Shown here piece by piece: positions 45,309-54,159 of a DNA stretch of 64,000 nucleotides. A program made the translations under genes and the position numbers. How positions within the stretch are numbered: the first letter of the stretch is position 1; each line of letters opens with the position of its first letter. The notes beneath the pieces are model-generated. The model made no database searches, was not told the origin of the DNA, and was given only the letters and a program-made list of their open reading frames with translations. Source of the stretch: Terriglobia bacterium (GTDB lineage Bacteria; Acidobacteriota; Polarisedimenticolia; Polarisedimenticolales; JAIQFR01); the NCBI GenBank assembly GCA_963748015.1, contig CAVVHE010000005.1:512001-576000 (forward strand). Direction: 5' to 3'.

Positions 45309-48300
45309 ATGATGCGGTTTCGGAGCCTTCGTGGCGGGCACGCCGCCATCGTGGCCGTTCTATTGCTCGCCTCCGCCACCGTCGCCGCAGCCCAGCAGAC
45401 GGTCTACGTGGATGGGGCAAATTGCCCCAATCCCCACCCGGCCAACCCGTACTGCAAGATCCAGGACGCGATCTGCTACCTGAAGGCCAACAGCCCCGCC
45501 GGCGGGACCGTTCTCGTGAGGCCGGGGACCTACGCGGAAGCGATCCGCGTCTTCGCCGGGATCAGCGTGGTCTCGACCGACGGCCCGGCGGTCACGACGA
45601 TCGACGCCACCGGCAAGCCGTGCATCAAGTCGGACTGCACCGTCAACACGGCAACCACGTCCTGCACCGCGATCCAGTCGTCTTCCGTGGGGGGCGTGGG
45701 CCAGACGAGCGCGGACCGGATCGAGGGCTTCCACATCGTCGGCGGCAAGGGGTACGTCTGGACGACGACCCCGGTGACCGCCGTCGGTGGCGCGATCTTC
45801 GTCTGGGGGAACAGCTCCCCGACGATCACGCGCAACGAGATCGTCGGCAACGCGATCGCGACGACGGCCACCAAGGCCTTCTACGGCGGCGGGATCTACG
45901 TGGACAGCAACCTCGTCGGAGGAGTCCCTGTCGCGAGACCGGTGATCACCCAGAACTTGATCGACGGCAACCTCGCCGACCCGCCCGCCGGGTCCGGGAG
46001 CAAGAGCTCGTACGGAGTCGGCGGAGGAATCTACTCCGGCCCCGACGCGGCGCCGACCATCGACGGCAACACGATCCGCAACAACCGGGCCGGCAACTAC
46101 GCGACCTCGAACCAGATCGCCAACGGCGGCGGCATCGCGATTTATGGCCGCGCGGCGGCCGGGGCGACGACGGTGGCCTCGAGAAACCTGATCCAGGCCA
46201 ATGTCGCCGCCAACTACGGCGGCGGGTTTCATACCACCGGATCCCTGCAGGGGACCGCCTACGAGAGCAGCGTGGGTTTCGTCGAGAACAACGTCTTCGA
46301 CGCGAACGATGCGCCGAACGGCGGCGGCGGCCACGCCGACACGACGCTGATACGGATCCGGAACAACACGTTCGTGAACAACACGGCGAGCTACGGCGGA
46401 GCGCTGAACCTCGATCCGGGAAATTCCACCACCGACGTTCCGACCGTGGCGAACAACATCTTCGCCTCGAACAGCGTCAACACGGCTTCCGGCGGCGGCG
46501 GCCTGTTCGTTTTGGGGACGGGGTTCAACCCGGTCGTGCGGTTCAACGATCTTTTCTCGAACACGCCGCAGAACGTCGCGGGGGCCAAGAGCGACGCGAG
46601 CTACATCGGGGTGAACGGCAACCTGTCCTTGAACCCCCAGTTCGTGAACAGCGCGGGGAAGGACTTCCACCTGCTGACGACGAGCCCGGTGATCGACGTC
46701 GGCGAGAACGCGAACGCGCCCGCGGTGGACCGCGACGGCGCCCCGCGCCCGCAGGACGCGCACTACCTCGGCACGAACGTCGTGGACATGGGGGCGTACG
46801 AGTTCTCGCCGGACTTCGACGGCGACGGGCTCAAGGACTGGCAGGACCCGGACACGGACAACGACGGTGTTCTCAACGCGCAGGACTGCGCCCCGCTCAA
46901 CAAGGGGACGTCGGCGGCGCCGGGCCAGGTGCAGAACACGCTCACGCTGGACAAGACCGGCGGCGGCAGGCTGAGCTGGGGTCGGGGCATCCAGGGACAC
47001 GTCTCGAACGTGTACCGGGGCACGAGGGTGTCCGGCCAGGCCTGGGCGTACAACGAGACTTGCCTGAGCAACGAGATCGCGGGCACCGAGCTGACCGACG
47101 CGTCGAATCCCGCCGTCGGGACGACGTACTTCTACCTCGTCAGCGCCAAGAACTTCTGCGGCGAGAGCGCGTCGGGGAAGGACCAGCTCGGCCTGGACCA
47201 CTTCTCCTCGCCCGCCTGTGCGGCGGCGAATCGCGACACGGACGGCGACGGGGTCAAGGATCTGAGCGACAACTGCCCGACGACGGCGAACGCGACGCAG
47301 ACGGACGCGGACGTGGACGGCGTGGGCGACGCGTGCGACAACTGCCCCGCGGCCGCCAACCCCGACCAGCTCGATCCCGACGGCGACGGGATCGGGAGCG
47401 CGTGCGACAACTGCGCGGCCGTCTCGAACCCGACGCAGACGGACACGGACCAGGACGGCGCAGGCGACGCCTGCGATAACTGCCTCTCGGTGTCCAACCC
47501 GTCGCAAGGCGACGCGGACCGCGACGCCATCGGCGACGCCTGCGACGCCTGCACCGACACCGACGGCGACGGGCGCGGCAATCCGGGCTACCCGGCCAAC
47601 ACCTGCCCGGCCGACAACTGCCCCGCCGTTTCGAACCCGACGCAGGTCGACACGGACCAGGACGGCGCCGGCGACGCGTGCGACAACTGCCCGACCGTTC
47701 CCAACCCCGGCCAGCAGGACTCGGTCGGGAACGGCGTCGGCGACGCCTGCCGGTGCCTCACGGTCGTGTGCACGGCCCCGGACGCGTGCCATCTGCCCGG
47801 GACCTGTGCTCCGACCACGGGGGTCTGCTCGGCTCCGACGACGGTGCCGAACGGAACGGCGTGCAGCGACGGGAACGCCTGCACGCAGACCGACACCTGC
47901 CAGGCCGGGGTCTGCACCAGCGGAACGCCGGTCACCTGCCCGGGCGACGCGTGCCACGATCCCGGGACGTGCAATCCGAGCAACGGCCTCTGCTCGAATC
48001 CGGCCAAGCCCAACGGCACGGCGTGTTCCGACGGGAACACCTGCACGCTGAGCGACACGTGCCAGTCGGGGGTGTGCGTCAGCGGCACGCCGGTCGTCTG
48101 TCCGGCCGACCAGTGCCACGATCCCGGGACGTGCAACCCCAGCAACGGCGTCTGCGCGGCCCCGACCTCGAAGCCCGACGGCACAGCCTGCAACGACGGC
48201 AACGCCTGCACCCAGAGCGACACCTGCCAGACGGGAGTCTGCACCGGCGCCAACCCGATCACGTGCACCGCGAGCGATCTCTGCCACGATCCCGGCACCT

Positions 48301-50249
48301 GCAATTCGGTGACCGGCGTTTGCTCCAACCCGCCGAAGGCCAACGGCTCCGCCTGCGACGACGGAAACGCCTGCACGCAGACCGACACCTGCCAGACGGG
48401 CGTCTGCACCGGCAGCAATCCCGTGGCCTGTCCGGCCAGCGATTCGTGCCACGATCCCGGTACGTGCAACCCGAGCGACGGCGTCTGCTCGAATCCGGCC
48501 AAGCCCAACGGCGCCGCCTGCAGCGACGGGAACACCTGCACGCTGAGCGACACGTGCCAGTCGGGGGTGTGCGTCAGCGGCACGCCGGTCGTCTGCCCGG
48601 CCGACCAGTGCCACGATCCCGGGACGTGCAACCCCAGCAACGGCGTCTGCGCGGCCCCGACCTCGAAGCCCGACGGCACCGCCTGCAACGACGGGAACGC
48701 CTGCACCCAGAGCGACACCTGCCAGACGGGAGTCTGTACCGGCGCCAACCCGATCGCGTGCACCGCAAGCGATTCGTGCCACGATCCCGGCACCTGCAAT
48801 TCGCTGACCGGCGTTTGCTCCAATCCGGTGAAGCCCAACGGCTCCGCCTGCAACGACGGGAACGCCTGCACCCAGACCGACACCTGCCAAGCCGGGGTGT
48901 GCAACGGAAGCAACCCGGTCACCTGCACCGCCAGCGATTCGTGCCACGACGTCGGCACCTGCGATTCCGCTACGGGTCTCTGCTCGAACCCGGCCAAGCC
49001 CAACGGCGCCGCTTGCAGCGACGGCAACGCCTGCACCCAGACCGACGCCTGCGAGGCCGGGGTCTGCGCCGGCAGCAACCCGGTCACCTGCTCCGCGAGC
49101 GATGCATGCCATGACGTAGGCACCTGCGATTCCGGGACGGGAGTCTGCTCGAACCCGCCGAAGCCCAACGGCTCGGAGTGCAGCGACGGCGACGCCTGCA
49201 CCCAGACCGACGCCTGCGAAGCCGGGATCTGCACCGGCAGCAACCCGGTCACCTGCTCCGCGAGCGATGCCTGCCATGACGTCGGCACCTGCGATTCCGG
49301 GACGGGAGTCTGCTCGAACCCGCCGAAGCCCAATGGCTCGGCGTGCAGCGACGGCGACGCCTGCACCCAGACCGATGCCTGCGAGGCCGGGATCTGCACC
49401 GGCAGCAACCCTGTCACGTGTTCCGAGAGCGATGCCTGCCACGACGTCGGCACCTGCGATTCCGCTACGGGTCTCTGCTCGAACCCGGCCAAGCCCAACG
49501 GCACCGCTTGCAGCGACGGCAACGCGTGCACCCAGGCCGACGCCTGCGAGGCCGGCGTCTGCACCGGAAGCAGTCCGGTGATCTGCACCGCGAGCGACCC
49601 GTGTCACGACTCGGGAATCTGCGATCCGGGCACCGGCGTCTGCTCGAACCCCCCGAAGCCCAACGGTACGGCCTGCGACGACGGCAACCCGAACACGACG
49701 GGAGACGTCTGCACCGGCGGGATTTGCGGCCCGCCGGATCTCTGCACCGGCGTGACCTGCGTGCCGCTCGATCCATGCCACGATGCCGGGGTCTGCGATC
49801 CGGGCACGGGCGTGTGCTCGAACCCGCCGAAGGCCGATGGCGCGACCTGTGACGACGGCAACGCCTGTACCACGAACGACGCATGCGCGATCGGCGTTTG
49901 CGGCGGCACCCCGGTCGGCGTCCCGGCGGAGGTGGATGACGGCGTTCGCCTGGCACGAAACGGCCTGGAAGCCGTGATCACCTGGGGCCTGGCGGCAGGA
50001 GCGACAGGGTCGGACGTGCTGCGGGGCCTCGTGAGCGACCTTCCGGCGGGACCCGGCGGAGGGGACGAAACCTGTCTGGCTCAGGGACTTGCGGCGAGCA
50101 CGCTCACCGACGGCGAGGACCCCGGGACCGGCGCCGGCTTCTGGTACCTGGTACGGGGAGGCAACGCCTGCGCGGGTAAGGGATCGTATGGGTTTGCCAC
50201 GCAGCACGGCGCGCCGACGGTCGAGCGGACGAGCGCGACCTGCCCGTAG
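45309..50249 (+). CDS. Giant secreted protein: beta-helix domain, choice-of-anchor-Q-like segment, FN3-like domain, thrombospondin type-3 repeats, 13 Cys-rich ~55-aa repeats, C-terminal FN3-like domain
   Basis: Signal peptide ending '[11 protein letters not shown]'; 'DxDxDGxGDACDNC' repeats; 'CxDGNACTQTDTC' Dictyostelium-type repeats. Confidence 0.85.
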   Translation: MMRFRSLRGGHAAIVAVLLLASATVAAAQQTVYVDGANCPNPHPANPYCKIQDAICYLKANSPAGGTVLVRPGTYAEAIRVFAGISVVSTDGPAVTTIDATGKPCIKSDCTVNTATTSCTAIQSSSVGGVGQTSADRIEGFHIVGGKGYVWTTTPVTAVGGAIFVWGNSSPTITRNEIVGNAIATTATKAFYGGGIYVDSNLVGGVPVARPVITQNLIDGNLADPPAGSGSKSSYGVGGGIYSGPDAAPTIDGNTIRNNRAGNYATSNQIANGGGIAIYGRAAAGATTVASRNLIQANVAANYGGGFHTTGSLQGTAYESSVGFVENNVFDANDAPNGGGGHADTTLIRIRNNTFVNNTASYGGALNLDPGNSTTDVPTVANNIFASNSVNTASGGGGLFVLGTGFNPVVRFNDLFSNTPQNVAGAKSDASYIGVNGNLSLNPQFVNSAGKDFHLLTTSPVIDVGENANAPAVDRDGAPRPQDAHYLGTNVVDMGAYEFSPDFDGDGLKDWQDPDTDNDGVLNAQDCAPLNKGTSAAPGQVQNTLTLDKTGGGRLSWGRGIQGHVSNVYRGTRVSGQAWAYNETCLSNEIAGTELTDASNPAVGTTYFYLVSAKNFCGESASGKDQLGLDHFSSPACAAANRDTDGDGVKDLSDNCPTTANATQTDADVDGVGDACDNCPAAANPDQLDPDGDGIGSACDNCAAVSNPTQTDTDQDGAGDACDNCLSVSNPSQGDADRDAIGDACDACTDTDGDGRGNPGYPANTCPADNCPAVSNPTQVDTDQDGAGDACDNCPTVPNPGQQDSVGNGVGDACRCLTVVCTAPDACHLPGTCAPTTGVCSAPTTVPNGTACSDGNACTQTDTCQAGVCTSGTPVTCPGDACHDPGTCNPSNGLCSNPAKPNGTACSDGNTCTLSDTCQSGVCVSGTPVVCPADQCHDPGTCNPSNGVCAAPTSKPDGTACNDGNACTQSDTCQTGVCTGANPITCTASDLCHDPGTCNSVTGVCSNPPKANGSACDDGNACTQTDTCQTGVCTGSNPVACPASDSCHDPGTCNPSDGVCSNPAKPNGAACSDGNTCTLSDTCQSGVCVSGTPVVCPADQCHDPGTCNPSNGVCAAPTSKPDGTACNDGNACTQSDTCQTGVCTGANPIACTASDSCHDPGTCNSLTGVCSNPVKPNGSACNDGNACTQTDTCQAGVCNGSNPVTCTASDSCHDVGTCDSATGLCSNPAKPNGAACSDGNACTQTDACEAGVCAGSNPVTCSASDACHDVGTCDSGTGVCSNPPKPNGSECSDGDACTQTDACEAGICTGSNPVTCSASDACHDVGTCDSGTGVCSNPPKPNGSACSDGDACTQTDACEAGICTGSNPVTCSESDACHDVGTCDSATGLCSNPAKPNGTACSDGNACTQADACEAGVCTGSSPVICTASDPCHDSGICDPGTGVCSNPPKPNGTACDDGNPNTTGDVCTGGICGPPDLCTGVTCVPLDPCHDAGVCDPGTGVCSNPPKADGATCDDGNACTTNDACAIGVCGGTPVGVPAEVDDGVRLARNGLEAVITWGLAAGATGSDVLRGLVSDLPAGPGGGDETCLAQGLAASTLTDGEDPGTGAGFWYLVRGGNACAGKGSYGFATQHGAPTVERTSATCP

Positions 50250-50329
50250 CCCCGAAAAGCGCCGGGAAAGCGCGCGGGACGTGGCTGGAATCGAGACGGA
50301 TGACGAATCCGTTCTCTCGGAGCATTCCG

Positions 50330-50362
50330 AGAATCGCCATCGCGTCGCGCGATGGCGATTCT
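50330..50362. repeat. 15-bp perfect hairpin between the duplicated genes
   Basis: AGAATCGCCATCGCG-tcg-CGCGATGGCGATTCT. Confidence 0.65.
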
Positions 50363-50552
50363 TGTCATCGGAGCGGCGTCCTCTCGAGCGAGGCACCGGT
50401 CGAGCCGGTCGGTCGCTCTCGCGAAAGAGCGCAGGCTCTAGCCAGAGCGCGGTGTCCATTCCTTGCCGGCTCGCGAAGATCACCGTATAGGGGAGGATTG
50501 CGGGTCTTGGGTTGAATGGAGTTCCTCGCGTCGGCGTCGGCCGGATGGAGCG

Positions 50553-53294
50553 ATGATGGGACTACTCGCCACACGTGGTGGGCGTGTCGCCGTCCTAGGT
50601 CTTCTCTCCTCCATCTCCGTCGCTGCAGCCCAGCAGACGGTCTACGTGGATGGGGCAAATTGCCCCAATCCCCACCCGGCCAACCCGTACTGCAAGATCC
50701 AGGACGCGATCTGCTACCTGAAGGCCAACAGCCCCGCCGGCGGGACCGTTCTCGTGAGGCCGGGGACCTACGCGGAAGCGATCCGCGTCTTCGCCGGGAT
50801 CAGCGTGGTCTCGACCGACGGCCCGGCGGTCACGACGATCGACGCCACCGGCAAGCCGTGCATCAAGTCGGACTGCACCGTCAACACGGCAACCACGTCC
50901 TGTACCGCGATCCAGTCGTCTTCCGTGGGGGGCGTGGGCCAGACGAGCGCGGACCGGATCGAGGGCTTCCACATCGTCGGCGGCAAGGGGTACGTCTGGA
51001 CGACGACCCCGGTGACCGCCGTCGGTGGCGCGATCTTCGTCTGGGGGAACAGCTCCCCGACGATCACGCGCAACGAGATCGTCGGCAACGCGATCGCGAC
51101 GACGGCCACCAAGGCCTTCTACGGCGGCGGGATCTACGTGGACAGCAACCTCGTCGGAGGAGTCCCTGTCGCGAGACCGGTGATCACCCAGAACTTGATC
51201 GACGGCAACCTCGCCGACCCGCCCGCCGGGTCCGGGAGCAAGAGCTCGTACGGAGTCGGCGGAGGAATCTACTCCGGCCCCGACGCGGCGCCGACCATCG
51301 ACGGCAACACGATCCGCAACAACCGGGCCGGCAACTACGCGACCTCGAACCAGATCGCCAACGGCGGCGGCATCGCGATTTATGGCCGCGCGGCGGCCGG
51401 GGCGACGACGGTGGCCTCGAGAAACCTGATCCAGGCCAATGTCGCCGCCAACTACGGCGGCGGGTTTCATACCACCGGATCCCTGCAGGGGACCGCCTAC
51501 GAGAGCAGCGTGGGTTTCGTCGAGAACAACGTCTTCGACGCGAACGATGCGCCGAACGGCGGCGGCGGCCGCGCCGACACGACGCTGATACGGATCCGGA
51601 ACAACACGTTCGTGAACAACACGGCGAGCTACGGCGGAGCGCTGAACCTCGATCCGGGAAATTCCACCACCGACGTTCCGACCGTGGCGAACAACATCTT
51701 CGCCTCGAACAGCGTCAACACGGCTTCCGGCGGCGGCGGCCTGTTCGTTTTGGGGACGGGGTTCAACCCGGTCGTGCGGTTCAACGATCTTTTCTCGAAC
51801 ACGCCGCAGAACGTCGCGGGGGCCAAGAGCGACGCGAGCTACATCGGGGTGGACGGCAACCTGTCCTTGAATCCCCAGTTCGTGAACAGCGCGGGGAAGG
51901 ACTTCCACCTGCTCACGACGAGCCCGGTGATCGACGTCGGCGAGAACGCGAACGCGCCCGCGGTGGACCGCGACGGCGCCCCGCGCCCGCAGGACGCGCA
52001 CTACCTCGGCACGAACGTCGTGGACATGGGGGCGTACGAGTTCTCGCCGGACTTCGACGGCGACGGGCTCAAGGACTGGCAGGACCCGGACACGGACAAC
52101 GACGGTGTTCTCAACGCGCAGGACTGCGCCCCGCTCAACAAGGGGACGTCGGCGGCGCCGGGCCAGGTGCAGAACACGCTCACGCTGGACAAGACCGGCG
52201 GCGGCAGGCTGAGCTGGGGTCGGGGCATCCAGGGACACGTCTCGAACGTGTACCGGGGCACGAGGGTGTCCGGCCAGGCCTGGGCGTACAACGAGACTTG
52301 CCTGAGCAACGAGATCGCGGGCACCGAGCTGACCGACGCGTCGAATCCCGCCGTCGGGACGACGTACTTCTACCTCGTCAGCGCCAAGAACTTCTGCGGC
52401 GAGAGCGCGTCGGGGAAGGACCAGCTCGGCCTGGACCACTTCTCCTCGCCCGCCTGTGCGGCGGCGAATCGCGACACGGACGGCGACGGGGTCAAGGATC
52501 TGAGCGACAACTGCCCGACGACGGCGAACGCGACGCAGACGGACGCGGACGTGGACGGCGTGGGCGACGCGTGCGACAACTGCCCCGCGGCCGCCAACCC
52601 CGACCAGCTCGATCCCGACGGCGACGGGATCGGGAGCGCGTGCGACAACTGCGCGGCCGTCTCGAACCCGACGCAGACGGACACGGACCAGGACGGCGCA
52701 GGCGACGCGTGCGACAACTGCCCGACCGTTCCCAACCCCGGCCAGCAGGACTCGGTCGGGAACGGCGTCGGCGACGCCTGCCGGTGCCTCACGGTCGTGT
52801 GCACGACCCCGGACGCGTGCCATCTGCCCGGGACCTGTACTCCGACCACGGGGGTCTGCTCGGCTCCGACGACGGTGCCGAACGGAACGGCGTGCAGCGA
52901 CGGGAACGCGTGCACGACGAACGACGCCTGCACGAGCGGGGTCTGTGGCGGCACCCCCGTGGTCGCGCCGGCGGAGGTGGACGACGGCGTTCGCCTGGGC
53001 CGCACCGGCCTCGACACGGTGATCAGCTGGAACCTAGCCGCCGGCGCGACATCGTCCGATCTGCTGCGGGGCCTCGTGAGCGGGCTTCCGGTGGGACCGG
53101 GCGGAGGGGACGAAACCTGTCTGGCTCAAGATGTTACGACGAGCACGCTCGCCGACGGCGAGGACCCGGCGACCGGGGCCGGCTTCTGGTACCTGGTCCG
53201 GGGAGGCAACGCCTGCGCCGGAAAGGGGTCCTACGGCTTCGTGGTGCAGGGCGGCGTGCCCACCCTCGAGCGGTCGAGCGCGACGTGTCCGTGA
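50553..53294 (+). CDS. Shorter paralog of the 45309-50249 secreted protein (one Cys-rich repeat)
   Basis: 50625-52708 is nearly identical to 45387-47470; different signal peptide; same C-terminal domain. Confidence 0.85.
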   Translation: MMGLLATRGGRVAVLGLLSSISVAAAQQTVYVDGANCPNPHPANPYCKIQDAICYLKANSPAGGTVLVRPGTYAEAIRVFAGISVVSTDGPAVTTIDATGKPCIKSDCTVNTATTSCTAIQSSSVGGVGQTSADRIEGFHIVGGKGYVWTTTPVTAVGGAIFVWGNSSPTITRNEIVGNAIATTATKAFYGGGIYVDSNLVGGVPVARPVITQNLIDGNLADPPAGSGSKSSYGVGGGIYSGPDAAPTIDGNTIRNNRAGNYATSNQIANGGGIAIYGRAAAGATTVASRNLIQANVAANYGGGFHTTGSLQGTAYESSVGFVENNVFDANDAPNGGGGRADTTLIRIRNNTFVNNTASYGGALNLDPGNSTTDVPTVANNIFASNSVNTASGGGGLFVLGTGFNPVVRFNDLFSNTPQNVAGAKSDASYIGVDGNLSLNPQFVNSAGKDFHLLTTSPVIDVGENANAPAVDRDGAPRPQDAHYLGTNVVDMGAYEFSPDFDGDGLKDWQDPDTDNDGVLNAQDCAPLNKGTSAAPGQVQNTLTLDKTGGGRLSWGRGIQGHVSNVYRGTRVSGQAWAYNETCLSNEIAGTELTDASNPAVGTTYFYLVSAKNFCGESASGKDQLGLDHFSSPACAAANRDTDGDGVKDLSDNCPTTANATQTDADVDGVGDACDNCPAAANPDQLDPDGDGIGSACDNCAAVSNPTQTDTDQDGAGDACDNCPTVPNPGQQDSVGNGVGDACRCLTVVCTTPDACHLPGTCTPTTGVCSAPTTVPNGTACSDGNACTTNDACTSGVCGGTPVVAPAEVDDGVRLGRTGLDTVISWNLAAGATSSDLLRGLVSGLPVGPGGGDETCLAQDVTTSTLADGEDPATGAGFWYLVRGGNACAGKGSYGFVVQGGVPTLERSSATCP

Positions 53295-53580
53295 CCCCCG
53301 GGAGGCCGCACGGCGATGAGGAGGCGGTCGATCATGACGCGCGGTAACCCCCGCGAACTTCCCTTGCACGACGGGGGGTTTCGCCGTATACACATTCCCG
53401 AGGTCGAGACACGGTTGGGATCGAGTGCGCGCGAAGATAGAGCGAAAGCAAGGTGGTCGAGGGACCCGCTGTAGTTAGCGCCGACGAAGATTGGCTTGAC
53501 GATAGAGAGATTGGCCGTATATCTAGGTCACTTCGCAGTCATGAGGTTTCTTAACTGGAGGTTCCCGGAGCGGGGAGGTC

Positions 53581-54030
53581 ATGTTTATGAAGAGAGTGAT
53601 TCGGATCGCTTTGATGGCTTTGGTCGCACTCGCAGTGATGGTGCCGGCGCATGCTGCCGGTAAGGTGACTGTCGGCGGATTCCTGACTCAGATCGCCCAC
53701 GTGCAGAACCTGCAGGCCACCGACGGCGCCACCGCCGCGGCGTCGCTCAGGGCTGCCGGGGTCAACCTTCCGGCGCTCGATCTCAATGCTCCTCTGACGG
53801 AGGGGACCGTGGCGCAGGTAGCCGGCAGCCTCGGGCTGACCGTGACCACGAGCAATCCGCAGGCGCCGTTCGGCCAGCCCCAGGTGGACGCGTTCGTGTC
53901 CAGCTTCGGCGACCAGTTCGGCAAGTTCGCCGTCGGCGCACCCACGGTGTCCCCGAACGCCCCGACGTTCGACCCGAAGAGCAAGGGCAAGAAGAAGGGG
54001 CACACCAAGTCCCGCACCGAGCCCGTGTGA
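53581..54030 (+). CDS. Hypothetical secreted protein with Lys-rich tail
   Basis: GGAGG RBS; signal peptide ending 'PAHA'; own promoter-like elements (TTGACG at 53496) and terminator. Confidence 0.75.
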   Translation: MFMKRVIRIALMALVALAVMVPAHAAGKVTVGGFLTQIAHVQNLQATDGATAAASLRAAGVNLPALDLNAPLTEGTVAQVAGSLGLTVTTSNPQAPFGQPQVDAFVSSFGDQFGKFAVGAPTVSPNAPTFDPKSKGKKKGHTKSRTEPV

Positions 54031-54106
54031 GGTCGTAAGGCGCCGTAGCGCCGGTTCGAGCGATCCGGCTGTGTCAGCGGACCCGTTCCGGCGGAAACCT
54101 CGGAAG

Positions 54107-54143
54107 ACCGCCACCGCTTCGAGCGGTGGCGGTTTTCTTTTTT
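54107..54143 (+). terminator. Rho-independent terminator
   Basis: ACCGCCACCGCT-tcg-AGCGGTGGCGGT followed by a T-rich tract. Confidence 0.85.
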
Positions 54144-54159
54144 CGGAGAAGACCGTTTG

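Noticed and set aside
47770..49910. CRISPR-like or non-coding tandem repeats
   Set aside because: The repeats are in-frame coding units of a Cys-rich protein.
45387..52708. Diversity-generating retroelement template/variable repeat pair
   Set aside because: The duplication is about 2 kb, differences are few and not confined to adenines, and there is no reverse transcriptase in the window.
53395..53580. Riboswitch in the leader of the 53581 gene
   Set aside because: No recognisable aptamer consensus; promoter-like elements explain the region.
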